Below the pieces are notes generated by a model. That model did no database searches and had not been told where the DNA came from. It saw only the letters and a list, made by a program, of their open reading frames with translations. From an uncultured bacterium (lineage in GTDB: Bacteria; Fidelibacterota; Marinisomatia; Marinisomatales; AB-629-J13), in the NCBI GenBank assembly GCA_964518835.1, contig CAZFKU010000002.1, positions 3,120 to 67,119 of the forward strand: a stretch of DNA of 64,000 nucleotides, given 5' to 3'. The stretch's first letter is position 1; each line of letters starts with the position of its first letter. The position numbers and the translations under genes are program-made. Shown piece after piece: positions 9,723 through 18,657 of the stretch.

Positions 9723-9938
9723 ATGAAAAACGCACTTGACTTTATTAATAAGTGGCTAGGTGAACTTACGGAAATACTGAAATCACTGATAGTGGTTGGC
9801 GTGGTCGTTGGTATATTGTTCGATGACTTTTTTGGAGTTATTGAAGGTATAGGGCACGTTGTCGGACAGTTCGGAGACGGAGGTCTAGCAGGACTCCTTG
9901 CTCTGATGATTATATATATGTGGTACCAGAAGAAATAA
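9723..9938 (+). CDS. Small hydrophobic membrane protein, paralog B (71 aa)
   Basis: SD (ATGGAGGAAAA-ATG). Two predicted TM segments. GGLAGLLALMII motif. 21 of 58 positions are identical to paralog A in an ungapped alignment done by eye. Confidence 0.6.
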   Translation: MKNALDFINKWLGELTEILKSLIVVGVVVGILFDDFFGVIEGIGHVVGQFGDGGLAGLLALMIIYMWYQKK

Positions 9939-9956
9939 CCCGAATCCCATACTGAT

Positions 9957-9987
9957 GAACGCCCCGGAAACGGGGCGTTCTTTTTTT
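9957..9987 (+). terminator. Rho-independent terminator
   Basis: GAACGCCCCG-GAAA-CGGGGCGTTC followed by TTTTTTT. Perfect 10-bp GC-rich stem with a GNRA-type tetraloop and a T7 tract, 19 nt after the paralog B stop. Confidence 0.85.
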
Positions 9988-9991
9988 GGTA

Positions 9992-10825
9992 ATGAAACTC
10001 AGTCAATTTATTCTCTATTTTTCTTTTACTGTTATTCAACCATTATATTCTGCTTTTGAGCTTAAACCTACAACTACCCTTCAAATTGGTTCGGGAAACA
10101 GAAGCTTAACTCTCAGTTCCAACAGTATTAATATTTTTAATGATCCGTCATCCATTTTAAATGGAAAGACGTTTCAACTTCAGGCATATTCCAAAACCGC
10201 ATTCAATTTTTCCGAATTGAAATTCAATCATTGGTCAGCACATTCAAATTCAGGATATTGGGCTTGGGGAATTGGAGGAAGCAAATTTGGGAATAAACTT
10301 TATAATGAGTCAGCCTTATCATTCGTTGCAGGGAAACGGTTTTTTGAGAAAGTAAATTTTGGTCTAAACCTAACATGGTACAGTCTGAATATAACAAGAT
10401 ACGGATCTGCTCAAACACCCGGGTTAACCATTTCATGGCATTTTCCAATCAGTGAAGGATGGACTTGGGGAACGTCTCTGAGAAATATAAATGCACCAAA
10501 GATTGGGAAGTCAGATGAGTTATTACCCCAGGTAGTCGCTACAAATCTCACCGGAAATTTTGAAAACAAAATTTATTTGTATATGGAGTGGGAGCAGGAT
10601 TTAACTGTTTCATCAACTTTTAGGATGGGAGCCTCATGGAAACCAAATCCATTCCTTCAAACTGCAACGGGATTTGAATCCGGAACAGGGACTCCTACGT
10701 TTGGAATAATTTTACAATCAAGATATGGGACAATTGAGTATGGATTACAATATTTTCCCCTGCTTCAGCGTTATACTTATCAGGCGGGGATTCATTTTTA
10801 TCCTGATCAGTTTTTGCCTGATTAA
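9992..10825 (+). CDS. Putative outer-membrane beta-barrel protein
   Basis: The ORF track starts at TTG 9986. ATG 9992 gives MKLSQFILYFSFTVIQPLYSA, which is signal-peptide-like. The rest is rich in alternating aromatic/polar beta-strand patterns (WAWGIGGSKFGN, LTISWHF, YLYMEWEQ, YTYQAGIHFY). No confident family assignment. Confidence 0.5.
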   Translation: MKLSQFILYFSFTVIQPLYSAFELKPTTTLQIGSGNRSLTLSSNSINIFNDPSSILNGKTFQLQAYSKTAFNFSELKFNHWSAHSNSGYWAWGIGGSKFGNKLYNESALSFVAGKRFFEKVNFGLNLTWYSLNITRYGSAQTPGLTISWHFPISEGWTWGTSLRNINAPKIGKSDELLPQVVATNLTGNFENKIYLYMEWEQDLTVSSTFRMGASWKPNPFLQTATGFESGTGTPTFGIILQSRYGTIEYGLQYFPLLQRYTYQAGIHFYPDQFLPD

Positions 10826-12563
10826 GGCAGGAACAGATCAATTATTGGACCAAATTGGAGTTGATCCGGAAAATCCAATACCGGATGAAGATATTGTACT
10901 TCTTGAAGAAATCTTTTTGATCTCGCCAAAAAACCATAATCAATTAGTTCAAAAACTTTCAGAATTGTCGTTAATAACTGCCCAGGATGTATCTTTATTG
11001 AAAAACAGTGAAACGCTATTTGAACTGGCAGAAAATCCTCAAGCATCGGAAACATTAATTACCATACTGACTCAGCTTGCAAAACAAAAACCTGTAAAAA
11101 ATGATAACGGATGGATAAAACAAACAATTACTGAATCCAATGATTTTCGTTACAGGTGGAATGGATGGATAAGATCAGATGCTCTGCAGGGAGGATTCTC
11201 AATTGAACGGGATCCTGGAGAACAAAACATCATGGATGCTTCTTCCGGTTTTGTTGAAGGAGAAATTTCCAATGTAAAGTGGATATTGGGGGATCACCAG
11301 GTTATTTCCGGTTTTGGATTATTATCATGGAGAACATTTCCGGTGAATAAAACTTTTGAGGCAGTTTCCTCCATCAATAGGATGGGTAAAGGATTAACTG
11401 CCTATAAATCAAGTCACGAATCATGGGGCTACAGAGGAGTTGGTCTGTCTGGGGACTCCCGCTTTGGGAAATGGATGGTGTCACTGAGTCACAATTTACA
11501 CGATGGGGAGATGGATTCCACAGGTATGTTAAAAATTACTGATACCGGAGATCACAGTTCCTATTCATCTCTGAAAAGGAAAAACACCCTGAAGGAATCC
11601 GTTTTGATCAGCCGCTGGGTAGTGGAAGAAGAAAATTACACTTTTGGTTTCATGGGGTATTCGGCTCTCTGGGCATCAAAAAGCAGGGAGACAAAGAAAA
11701 CCAATTCTGTTTCATTTTCCGGAGAGTTAAAGGGAAAATTGATTACTTTTTTTGGAGAAGCTGCATGGGAAGGATTAAACAGCAACCGTATTTTTCTGGG
11801 TGCAAAACTGCCGGTTCCCCGGGGTCTGTATCTCATGTCATTTCGACATTATGATGGGATTTTTCAGTCATATCGCTCTAATCCTTTTGGTGAGTGGTCC
11901 AATGCAGGTGAGACGGGAATTTTTCAAGGGTTGATGATTCGATTGGGCAAGAACCGAGTCACAGTATTTAGTGATATATTTGGAAAACACCAGAATTCTT
12001 CATTATCCCATTTTAGTACAATGGGGATCGAATCAGGTTTGAGATGGGAAATTCGGTATTCTTCTTTTCGGTGGAGAATTCAGTGGAAACAATCATGGAA
12101 ATCAAATGGGGAAAATTATTATTATCTTCCGTCTGGTGGGTTGAGTTATAAAAACAGTGAATCTGTAAAGGGTACATTTTATTATAATTCTGAGAATGGG
12201 TTTCTGACTAATAAATTTGAAATTTCTTCGACTAAATTTGAAAATGACTTTGAATGGTTTAAAAGCATTGGTGTACAGGAAAAAATTACTGCTTCATTTG
12301 AAACCATTTCCTTGGAATTGCAATGGATTATAATTCAGAGTAATGACTATGCATCACGACTTTATTTTTGGGATGTAAATCTTCCCGGTGAAATGCGCAA
12401 CCGTGTGTTTAGTTATGACAGTCATTCCCCGGCAGTTAAATGTATGTTTTATTCAAGCACCTCAACCCGAATAGGAATGCGGTACCGACTTATTTGGGAT
12501 GGATTTACATTTCATCCTGACCCTCATCAGGAAGGTGCATTGATGATTGAGGCAAGTTTTTAA
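10740..12563 (+). CDS. Large secreted/outer-membrane beta-rich protein with a degenerate helix-hairpin-helix-like N-terminal region
   Basis: About 607 aa. Start uncertain (ATG 10725 or 10740; both overlap the upstream gene by more than 80 nt). Hydrophobic leader RRGFIFILISFCLIKAG. N-terminal helical region (LSELSLITAQDVSLL) resembles ComEA-type HhH. The central KWILGDHQVISGFGLLSW and the W/Y/G-rich remainder resemble a widespread FCB family of unknown function, from memory only. Confidence 0.5.
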   Translation: MDYNIFPCFSVILIRRGFIFILISFCLIKAGTDQLLDQIGVDPENPIPDEDIVLLEEIFLISPKNHNQLVQKLSELSLITAQDVSLLKNSETLFELAENPQASETLITILTQLAKQKPVKNDNGWIKQTITESNDFRYRWNGWIRSDALQGGFSIERDPGEQNIMDASSGFVEGEISNVKWILGDHQVISGFGLLSWRTFPVNKTFEAVSSINRMGKGLTAYKSSHESWGYRGVGLSGDSRFGKWMVSLSHNLHDGEMDSTGMLKITDTGDHSSYSSLKRKNTLKESVLISRWVVEEENYTFGFMGYSALWASKSRETKKTNSVSFSGELKGKLITFFGEAAWEGLNSNRIFLGAKLPVPRGLYLMSFRHYDGIFQSYRSNPFGEWSNAGETGIFQGLMIRLGKNRVTVFSDIFGKHQNSSLSHFSTMGIESGLRWEIRYSSFRWRIQWKQSWKSNGENYYYLPSGGLSYKNSESVKGTFYYNSENGFLTNKFEISSTKFENDFEWFKSIGVQEKITASFETISLELQWIIIQSNDYASRLYFWDVNLPGEMRNRVFSYDSHSPAVKCMFYSSTSTRIGMRYRLIWDGFTFHPDPHQEGALMIEASF

Positions 12564-12609
12564 CTGCCTCCTTGGAAAAAATAGACTTAACGGAATAATT
12601 TCACACTAT

Positions 12610-14094
12610 ATGAAAACAATTTTGTTCAAAACTTTCCCGCTTTTTCTTTTTATGTCATATGTATGTGGGACTTCAATTGGTGTCATTTTCCCCGGTCAAA
12701 ACAGTGTTGAAGAATTAAAAACAATGGTGTATGGGAATCAGGTATATTGTTCGACAAATGATCTATCAAGAATATTAAAATGCGGGTTTTATCATAGTGA
12801 TAAAAGGGGAAAAATCGTACTTTATATTGAAAATCGAAGAGTGAAGGTTTCAGCTCAATCCAGTTTTGTTCTTGTAGATGATCATGTGTACCAGATTCCC
12901 AATCCCGGCATTGGAATGGAAACAGATATTTTTCTTCCTGCAACCGGATTTTTCACTGTTCTAAAATCATCTGTGTTCCCCGGATTGCATTATGATTCCC
13001 AGAAAAAAATCCTTGAAATTGATGTTAAAGGATTCAATATAAATAAGGTGGAGATTGACGAAAAAGCCAATGGCACCATCCTTTATATCAAAACAAGAGA
13101 AGAATTTCCCGAAGGGCATATTAGTGCATTCAAACACAAAAACGGATGGTTTTACGTCACGGTGAAAGGAGGAATAATTGATTCTGAGAAAGTAGAAAAA
13201 ACATATACCCGGGGAAACGTGAGGAAGGTGTCGGCAGATCAGTTAAGTGAATCGGCACAATTGGCTTTTAAGCTGGGGTCCGAAATTGAAGGACATGAAT
13301 TATATCAGACAGAGCATCCATCAGAGATTGTTATCACACTGAGGACACCCATTGAAAATAATCTCTATATTAAATCAATGAAAAACCAATGGTTTCTGGA
13401 CACAGTTGTATTGGATGCAGGACACGGAGGGAAAGATGGTGGAACACGAGGGAAAAGGGGGACGAAGGAAAAAGACATCACTTTAGATATTACAAAGCGA
13501 CTGGGTTCATTGATCGAGAAAAATACTCGGATTAAAGTGATTTACACCAGAGAAGAAGATGTATTTATTCCCCTGAAAAGACGTACCCAAATGGCAAACG
13601 AAAAAAAGGGGAAATTATTCATCAGTATTCATGCAAATGCCAACCCCAATAAAAAAGTCAGGGGATTTGAAACATATCTGCTTCGTCCGGGTAAAACGGA
13701 AGATGCAATTGCAGTGGCTTCAAGAGAGAATTCGGTTATAAATCTTGAAGAAAATAAAACAAATTTCTATGATAAACTGGAAGGTACAAATCTTATCATG
13801 GCAACTATGGCACAAAGCATGTACATGAAAGAAAGCGAAGATTTAGCTGATAAAATTCAAAAAGAGATTGCAAAAAAAGTATCCTCAAAAAACCGTGGAG
13901 TGAAACAGGCAGGATTTTATGTGCTTGTGGGAGCAAGCATGCCTAACGTTTTAGTTGAAGTAGGATTTTTATCAAACAGACATGAAGAAAAACTTCTGAG
14001 AAAAAAATCATATCGCCAGAATATTGCGGAAGGAATCTTTCAGGCAATTCTTCAATTTAAACAGTCTAAAGAAGAAATGTTAGCCAAAGGATAA
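12610..14094 (+). CDS. N-acetylmuramoyl-L-alanine amidase (Amidase_3, AmiC-like) with an N-terminal AMIN-like extension
   Basis: Start moved to ATG 12610 (MKTILFKTFPLFLFMSYV, a signal peptide). The catalytic domain has VVLDAGHGGKDGG, ISIHANA, VLVEVGFLSN. Confidence 0.85.
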   Translation: MKTILFKTFPLFLFMSYVCGTSIGVIFPGQNSVEELKTMVYGNQVYCSTNDLSRILKCGFYHSDKRGKIVLYIENRRVKVSAQSSFVLVDDHVYQIPNPGIGMETDIFLPATGFFTVLKSSVFPGLHYDSQKKILEIDVKGFNINKVEIDEKANGTILYIKTREEFPEGHISAFKHKNGWFYVTVKGGIIDSEKVEKTYTRGNVRKVSADQLSESAQLAFKLGSEIEGHELYQTEHPSEIVITLRTPIENNLYIKSMKNQWFLDTVVLDAGHGGKDGGTRGKRGTKEKDITLDITKRLGSLIEKNTRIKVIYTREEDVFIPLKRRTQMANEKKGKLFISIHANANPNKKVRGFETYLLRPGKTEDAIAVASRENSVINLEENKTNFYDKLEGTNLIMATMAQSMYMKESEDLADKIQKEIAKKVSSKNRGVKQAGFYVLVGASMPNVLVEVGFLSNRHEEKLLRKKSYRQNIAEGIFQAILQFKQSKEEMLAKG

Positions 14095-14903
14095 TGACTT
14101 CAGAATGTCCCATCGGTGTCTTTGATTCAGGATTAGGCGGACTCACGGTTGTAAAAGCACTGAGGAAACATTTTCCAAATGAATCCATCGTTTATCTTGG
14201 TGATACCGCCAGAGTCCCCTATGGAAATAAAAGCAGGTCCACAGTACAGAAATATTCTTATGAAATTGCGGATTTTCTTTTAGAGAAAAATGTAAAGGCA
14301 ATTGTTGTGGCTTGCAATACGGCTACCGCATTAGCATTGGAGGAATTGAAAAAACGATTTTCAGTTCCGGTAATAGGTGTCATTCAACCTGGAGTGAAGG
14401 CAGCAGAGGAAAAAACAAAAAATAAAAAAATCGGAATAATCGGTACCATCGCTACCATTCAATCTGGTGCGTATGAAAAACAATTCAATTCAATCAATGG
14501 GGAAATAAATGTAACTTCTCAAGCCTGCCCTTTGCTGGTTCCTCTTGCAGAAGACGGCTGGATGAAGGAGAAAATTGTCAATGATATTTTAACCCATTAC
14601 CTTGAACCCTTGATTAAGGAAAATATTGACACATTGGTTCTGGGATGTACACATTATCCTGTATTTTCAACGCTTATAGGTAATGTTTTGGGACAGGACG
14701 TTACATTAATTGATTCACCTGCGGAAGTTGCAAGCGTTTTACTCGAATTATTGAAAGAAAATAATTTATTTACCATTAAGAATTTCCCGGGAAAACTGGA
14801 TTGTTATGTTACGGATAAAACCAGATCATACCCTGAAATCGCCGAAAGGTTTCTAGGAGCACCCGTTCCTAATTTATTTTTTACGGATTTGGATAAAAAT
14901 TAA
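14094..14903 (+). CDS. murI: Glutamate racemase
   Basis: 269 aa. IGVFDSGLGGLTV, VVACNTAT, LGCTHYP. Confidence 0.93.
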   Translation: MTSECPIGVFDSGLGGLTVVKALRKHFPNESIVYLGDTARVPYGNKSRSTVQKYSYEIADFLLEKNVKAIVVACNTATALALEELKKRFSVPVIGVIQPGVKAAEEKTKNKKIGIIGTIATIQSGAYEKQFNSINGEINVTSQACPLLVPLAEDGWMKEKIVNDILTHYLEPLIKENIDTLVLGCTHYPVFSTLIGNVLGQDVTLIDSPAEVASVLLELLKENNLFTIKNFPGKLDCYVTDKTRSYPEIAERFLGAPVPNLFFTDLDKN

Positions 14904-14948
14904 CCTTGGATGTGTTGGAGACTTTCTGCCAGCACTAAATAAATTACA

Positions 14949-16205
14949 TTGAATAAATTATTAACCTATTTATACAGTTTAGAGCGCAGGGGTATAAAAG
15001 TCGGTCTGGAACATACAAAAAGGCTTTTGAAAAAAGTTGGCGATCCTCACAATTACTTCCCGTCCATCCATGTAGCAGGGACAAATGGAAAAGGATCAAC
15101 ATGCGCAATGATCGGTTCCATCTTCAGGGAAACCGGTTTAAAAACCGGACTTTATACATCTCCCCATCTCCTCCGATTTAATGAACGTATTCGGGTAGAC
15201 GGTATCCCGATCTCTGATAAGGACATTATCCAGTTTGTGAAGCAGTATAGACATAGTTTTGATGAAATTCCCGTTACATTTTTTGAAGCTACAACAGCTA
15301 TGGCATTTTGGTATTTTAAAAAATCATGTGTGGATGTTGCGGTGATTGAGACAGGATTGGGAGGCAGACACGACTCAACAAATGTGCTTATTCCAAAACT
15401 GACGGTCATTACACCGGTGGCTCTGGACCATCGGCATTTATTAGGCAGAAACTTGAAAGAAATTGCCAGAGAAAAAGGAGGGATTATCAAATATAAAGTA
15501 CCGGTTGTCATTGCACCCCAAAACCAGGAAACAGAATATGTTTTGCGGGAAATATCCAGTCAAAAAAACTCTCACTGCATTTCTATGAAATCTCCAGTTG
15601 TTATAAAGATAGACCCAGTGAAAATGAATACGAAATTTCAAATAAATGATGTGTTCTACATGACACCTTTTATTGGTAATCATCAAATAGTAAATTCAGC
15701 CACAGCAATTCAAACTGCGTTGACTTATGACCATACAATTTCTTCAGAATTAATTAAAAATGGCATGGTTAAAACAGCTTGGCCAGGCAGACTACAAAAA
15801 CTGGATAAAAATTCACCAATATTTTATGATGTAGCCCATAATGCTCATGGATTAAAAGCTGTATTGGACACACTTAACTCATTATTTTCACAGAAACCTG
15901 TGGGAATATTTGCTTTAAAAGGAGATAAGGAATTGGAATTATTAGCAAAGGAGATCAAAGGAAAATTTTCTGATTTGATCACCGTTTCAACTGAAAATGC
16001 TGATTTATATTCCTCATCAGAGTTGAGCGACAAGCTGGAAAAACATGGAATCCCAAGTCGTTCCTCCGAAAATATTCACAATGCCTGGACAAAATGTCAA
16101 CACAGGAAAGACCCTTCTGTTCCGGTACTCATTTTTGGTAGTCATTACATCGCCGGAGATGTTTTTGAATTATTTGATTTTTCCTTTGACTCTGGCGTCA
16201 TCTGA
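14949..16205 (+). CDS. folC: Bifunctional folylpolyglutamate synthase / dihydrofolate synthase
   Basis: 418 aa, TTG start. HVAGTNGKGST P-loop, ETGLGGRHDSTN, Mur-ligase fold order. Confidence 0.9.
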   Translation: MNKLLTYLYSLERRGIKVGLEHTKRLLKKVGDPHNYFPSIHVAGTNGKGSTCAMIGSIFRETGLKTGLYTSPHLLRFNERIRVDGIPISDKDIIQFVKQYRHSFDEIPVTFFEATTAMAFWYFKKSCVDVAVIETGLGGRHDSTNVLIPKLTVITPVALDHRHLLGRNLKEIAREKGGIIKYKVPVVIAPQNQETEYVLREISSQKNSHCISMKSPVVIKIDPVKMNTKFQINDVFYMTPFIGNHQIVNSATAIQTALTYDHTISSELIKNGMVKTAWPGRLQKLDKNSPIFYDVAHNAHGLKAVLDTLNSLFSQKPVGIFALKGDKELELLAKEIKGKFSDLITVSTENADLYSSSELSDKLEKHGIPSRSSENIHNAWTKCQHRKDPSVPVLIFGSHYIAGDVFELFDFSFDSGVI

Positions 16206-16285
16206 TGTAATTTCTCACCAAAGTTGTGACCCGCTCTCGGCAGGTTTTTCTTTATAAAAACCCCATTCCCATTAAGGAATCCTCT

Positions 16286-17533
16286 ATGGATGTAAATGAA
16301 TTAAAATCTTTAAAAATTAAAGAGCTTACAAAATTATCACAGGATATCGGTGTTCAATCTGTTTCCGGTTTGAATAAGCAGGAGTTGATTGTTCGAATCC
16401 TTAAAGCCCAGGCTGAAAAGGATGGAGTATTGTATTCCAAAGGTGTGCTGGAAGTCATGTCCGATGGATACGGATTCCTTCGCAGTCCTGATTTCAATTA
16501 TTTACCGGGACCGGATGATATTTATGTAAGCCCCTCCCAAATTAAAAGATTTGGTCTGCGTACCGGTCACCTCATATCCGGACAGATAAGACCGCCAAAG
16601 ACCAAAGAACGTTTTTACGCCCTTCTGAAAATTGATTTGGTGAACGATCGACCGATTGAAGACGTTAAAAAAGCGATTCTTTTTGATAACCTGACTCCCT
16701 TTTATCCGGAGGAGAAATTTGTTTTGGAGACGGATTCAAAAAACCTGTCCATGCGGATATTGGATTTAATTTCTCCTATTGGAAAAGGGCAGAGAGGACT
16801 GATTGTTGCTGCACCGAAAACCGGGAAAACCATACTGCTTCAGCATCTTGCGAACTCCATCAGGAAAAATTCATCCAAAACCAAATTATTAATTTTGCTT
16901 ATTGATGAACGACCGGAAGAAGTGACCGATATGAAACGCAATGTGGATGCGGAGGTGGTGAGTTCCACTTTTGATGAGGTTCCGGAGCGGCATGTAGCTG
17001 TTGCAGATATGGTATTGCAGAAAGCGAAACGAATGGTGGAATATGGAGAAGATGTAGTTATTTTGCTTGACAGTATAACCCGATTGGCAAGGGCACATAA
17101 TGCAGTCATCCCTCACAGCGGTAAAATTTTATCAGGTGGCGTGGATGCAAATGCTCTAAAAAAACCAAAACAGTTTTTCGGTGCTGCAAGAAATACGGAA
17201 GAAGGAGGAACCCTAACAATCGTTGCAACAGCCCTTGTAGATACTGGAAGTCGCATGGATGATGTTATTTTTGAGGAATTCAAGGGAACTGGTAATATGG
17301 AACTTGTTCTGGATAGAGGTCTGAGCGACCGCCGTATTTTCCCCTCTTTTGATCTTATCCGATCCGGTACCCGCAGGGAAGAACTTTTGGTCAGTAAAAA
17401 ACATTTGGGTAGAATGTGGATTTTAAGAAAAATACTGAATGATATGAATCCTGTTGAGGCAATGGAGTTCTTTCAGGAAAGAATAAAACGGACCAAGTCC
17501 AATGAGGATTTCATGAATACGATGAGTCAATAA
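16286..17533 (+). CDS. rho: Transcription termination factor Rho
   Basis: The ORF track opens at GTG 16226. ATG 16286 has an AAGGA SD and gives [31 protein letters not shown] (RNA-binding domain), APPKTGKT Walker [33 protein letters not shown]. Confidence 0.95.
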   Translation: MDVNELKSLKIKELTKLSQDIGVQSVSGLNKQELIVRILKAQAEKDGVLYSKGVLEVMSDGYGFLRSPDFNYLPGPDDIYVSPSQIKRFGLRTGHLISGQIRPPKTKERFYALLKIDLVNDRPIEDVKKAILFDNLTPFYPEEKFVLETDSKNLSMRILDLISPIGKGQRGLIVAAPKTGKTILLQHLANSIRKNSSKTKLLILLIDERPEEVTDMKRNVDAEVVSSTFDEVPERHVAVADMVLQKAKRMVEYGEDVVILLDSITRLARAHNAVIPHSGKILSGGVDANALKKPKQFFGAARNTEEGGTLTIVATALVDTGSRMDDVIFEEFKGTGNMELVLDRGLSDRRIFPSFDLIRSGTRREELLVSKKHLGRMWILRKILNDMNPVEAMEFFQERIKRTKSNEDFMNTMSQ

Positions 17534-17579
17534 ATAAAATTTAATAAATGGTTTTCATAAATTATAAAGAGGTCATACA

Positions 17580-18575
17580 ATGGAGGCAAACAGCCCGAAA
17601 GCAAATTCGTTGCGGACAGTAACTGTTCGTCTGATAACAGATAAACCGGTAAAGAAAACACCATATCAGGTAAAAGGTGTTTTTATGAATCAATTTGCCG
17701 ATGATCAAGTTATTCCCCTGCTTAACGGACAATACAGAAAAGAATTCCTGTATCCACGAATTCAAGTGAAGATACTGAATGAACAGATTTATCTTGTAGG
17801 AATTAATGAAGGTGTGGACTCCTTACTTTCATTAAGTGAAAAATTTAACACTCTTGATTTTGGAAACATTACCTTTCTGGTAAATGATGTAAATGTTGAT
17901 GAGCAGACAGAAATATTGATTCCGTCCAATCGCCCTGTGCGATATAGATTCATTTCTCCCTGGGTGGCATTAAACCCGGTTACAAATAAGCGATACAGAG
18001 ATTTGGATAACTCAGGCAGGATAAAATATCTTAGTCAGTTACTCACACATAATATTTTATTTTTAGGGAAGGAAATGGGGGTTACAATTAATACAAAAGT
18101 TTACACTTGGCTTTCGCTTTCATCTTTGTTCCCAAAACCAGTTGGAGAGAAAAATTGGGGCTCATTTTACGGAGGATTTAAAACCAATTTTATTCTCCCG
18201 AATTACATTGGTCTGGGCAACGGGATTACACGGGGTTTTGGTACTATTTACGGATTATTTGATCCGGATGCATTTTCTTTTGATGAAGAATCACTTAAGG
18301 AAAAAACAAAAAAACAAAATAAACCAAAATTTAAAGAGAAATCCAAAAACAGCAGTTCACCAACCAGATACCGAAAGAAAAAAAAGGTGTCAAATAAAAA
18401 AATAAGCGATGGAACCACGCCGTTTAAAACAAAAAAGTCGAAAAATAATAAAAGGAAAAAGAAAACACACCCCCAGTTTGCTGATCAGGTTAAAAAAACT
18501 GAATCTAATGGTAAATCATCTGATGATTTTAATTTTAACCGGGGGAAATACCATAAAAAGCAGCATAAGTTTTAA
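17580..18575 (+). CDS. Cas6/RAMP-like protein (orphan) with a C-terminal lysine-rich tail
   Basis: 331 aa, AAGAGG SD. The core (about residues 1-235) has Cas6 size and layout (RTVTVRLIT...YQVKGVFMNQF; RYRFISPWVAL). It carries an exact RAMP glycine-rich loop G-h-G-x5-G-h-G = GLGNGITRGFG (residues 211-221, nt 18210-18242). The last 91 residues contain 29 Lys and 4 Arg by my count. Assigned from motifs by eye. Confidence 0.6.
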   Translation: MEANSPKANSLRTVTVRLITDKPVKKTPYQVKGVFMNQFADDQVIPLLNGQYRKEFLYPRIQVKILNEQIYLVGINEGVDSLLSLSEKFNTLDFGNITFLVNDVNVDEQTEILIPSNRPVRYRFISPWVALNPVTNKRYRDLDNSGRIKYLSQLLTHNILFLGKEMGVTINTKVYTWLSLSSLFPKPVGEKNWGSFYGGFKTNFILPNYIGLGNGITRGFGTIYGLFDPDAFSFDEESLKEKTKKQNKPKFKEKSKNSSSPTRYRKKKKVSNKKISDGTTPFKTKKSKNNKRKKKTHPQFADQVKKTESNGKSSDDFNFNRGKYHKKQHKF

Positions 18576-18657
18576 CAGGGATTAATGTTACATTTCCTCT
18601 CAGTAATATACAGACCGGTATTTAATTTCGGTTCCGAAAGAAAAATCTGAAATAAAG

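Noticed and set aside
9584-10039. 151-aa minus-strand ORF spanning the small-protein locus
   Set aside because: It is antisense to both small genes and runs through the strong terminator hairpin at 9957-9987. The product is low-complexity (Pro/Ser/Thr-rich), there is no SD, and the sense ORFs have strong SDs and mutual paralogy.
16391-16400. GTTCGAATCC, a tRNA T-arm-like motif
   Set aside because: It lies inside the rho coding frame (…LIVRILKAQ…). No acceptor, D or anticodon stems can be drawn around it.
18142-18405. 87-aa alternative-frame ORF inside the 3' part of the Cas6-like gene
   Set aside because: It is a by-product of the A-rich, lysine-codon sequence, which is open in more than one frame. 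It would cut across the conserved glycine-rich loop region of the main frame.
18290-18480. A-rich low-complexity DNA that could be taken for a simple-sequence repeat
   Set aside because: It is in frame and encodes the Lys-rich tail (AAA/AAG codons). There is no exact tandem unit, so I treat it as coding low complexity.
17580-18657. Search for a CRISPR repeat-spacer array or cas genes flanking the Cas6-like gene
   Set aside because: The flanks are rho and an aminotransferase, with short unique spacers of 46 and 82 nt. I saw no 25-40-nt direct repeats at regular spacing here or elsewhere in the window. No CRISPR feature is called.
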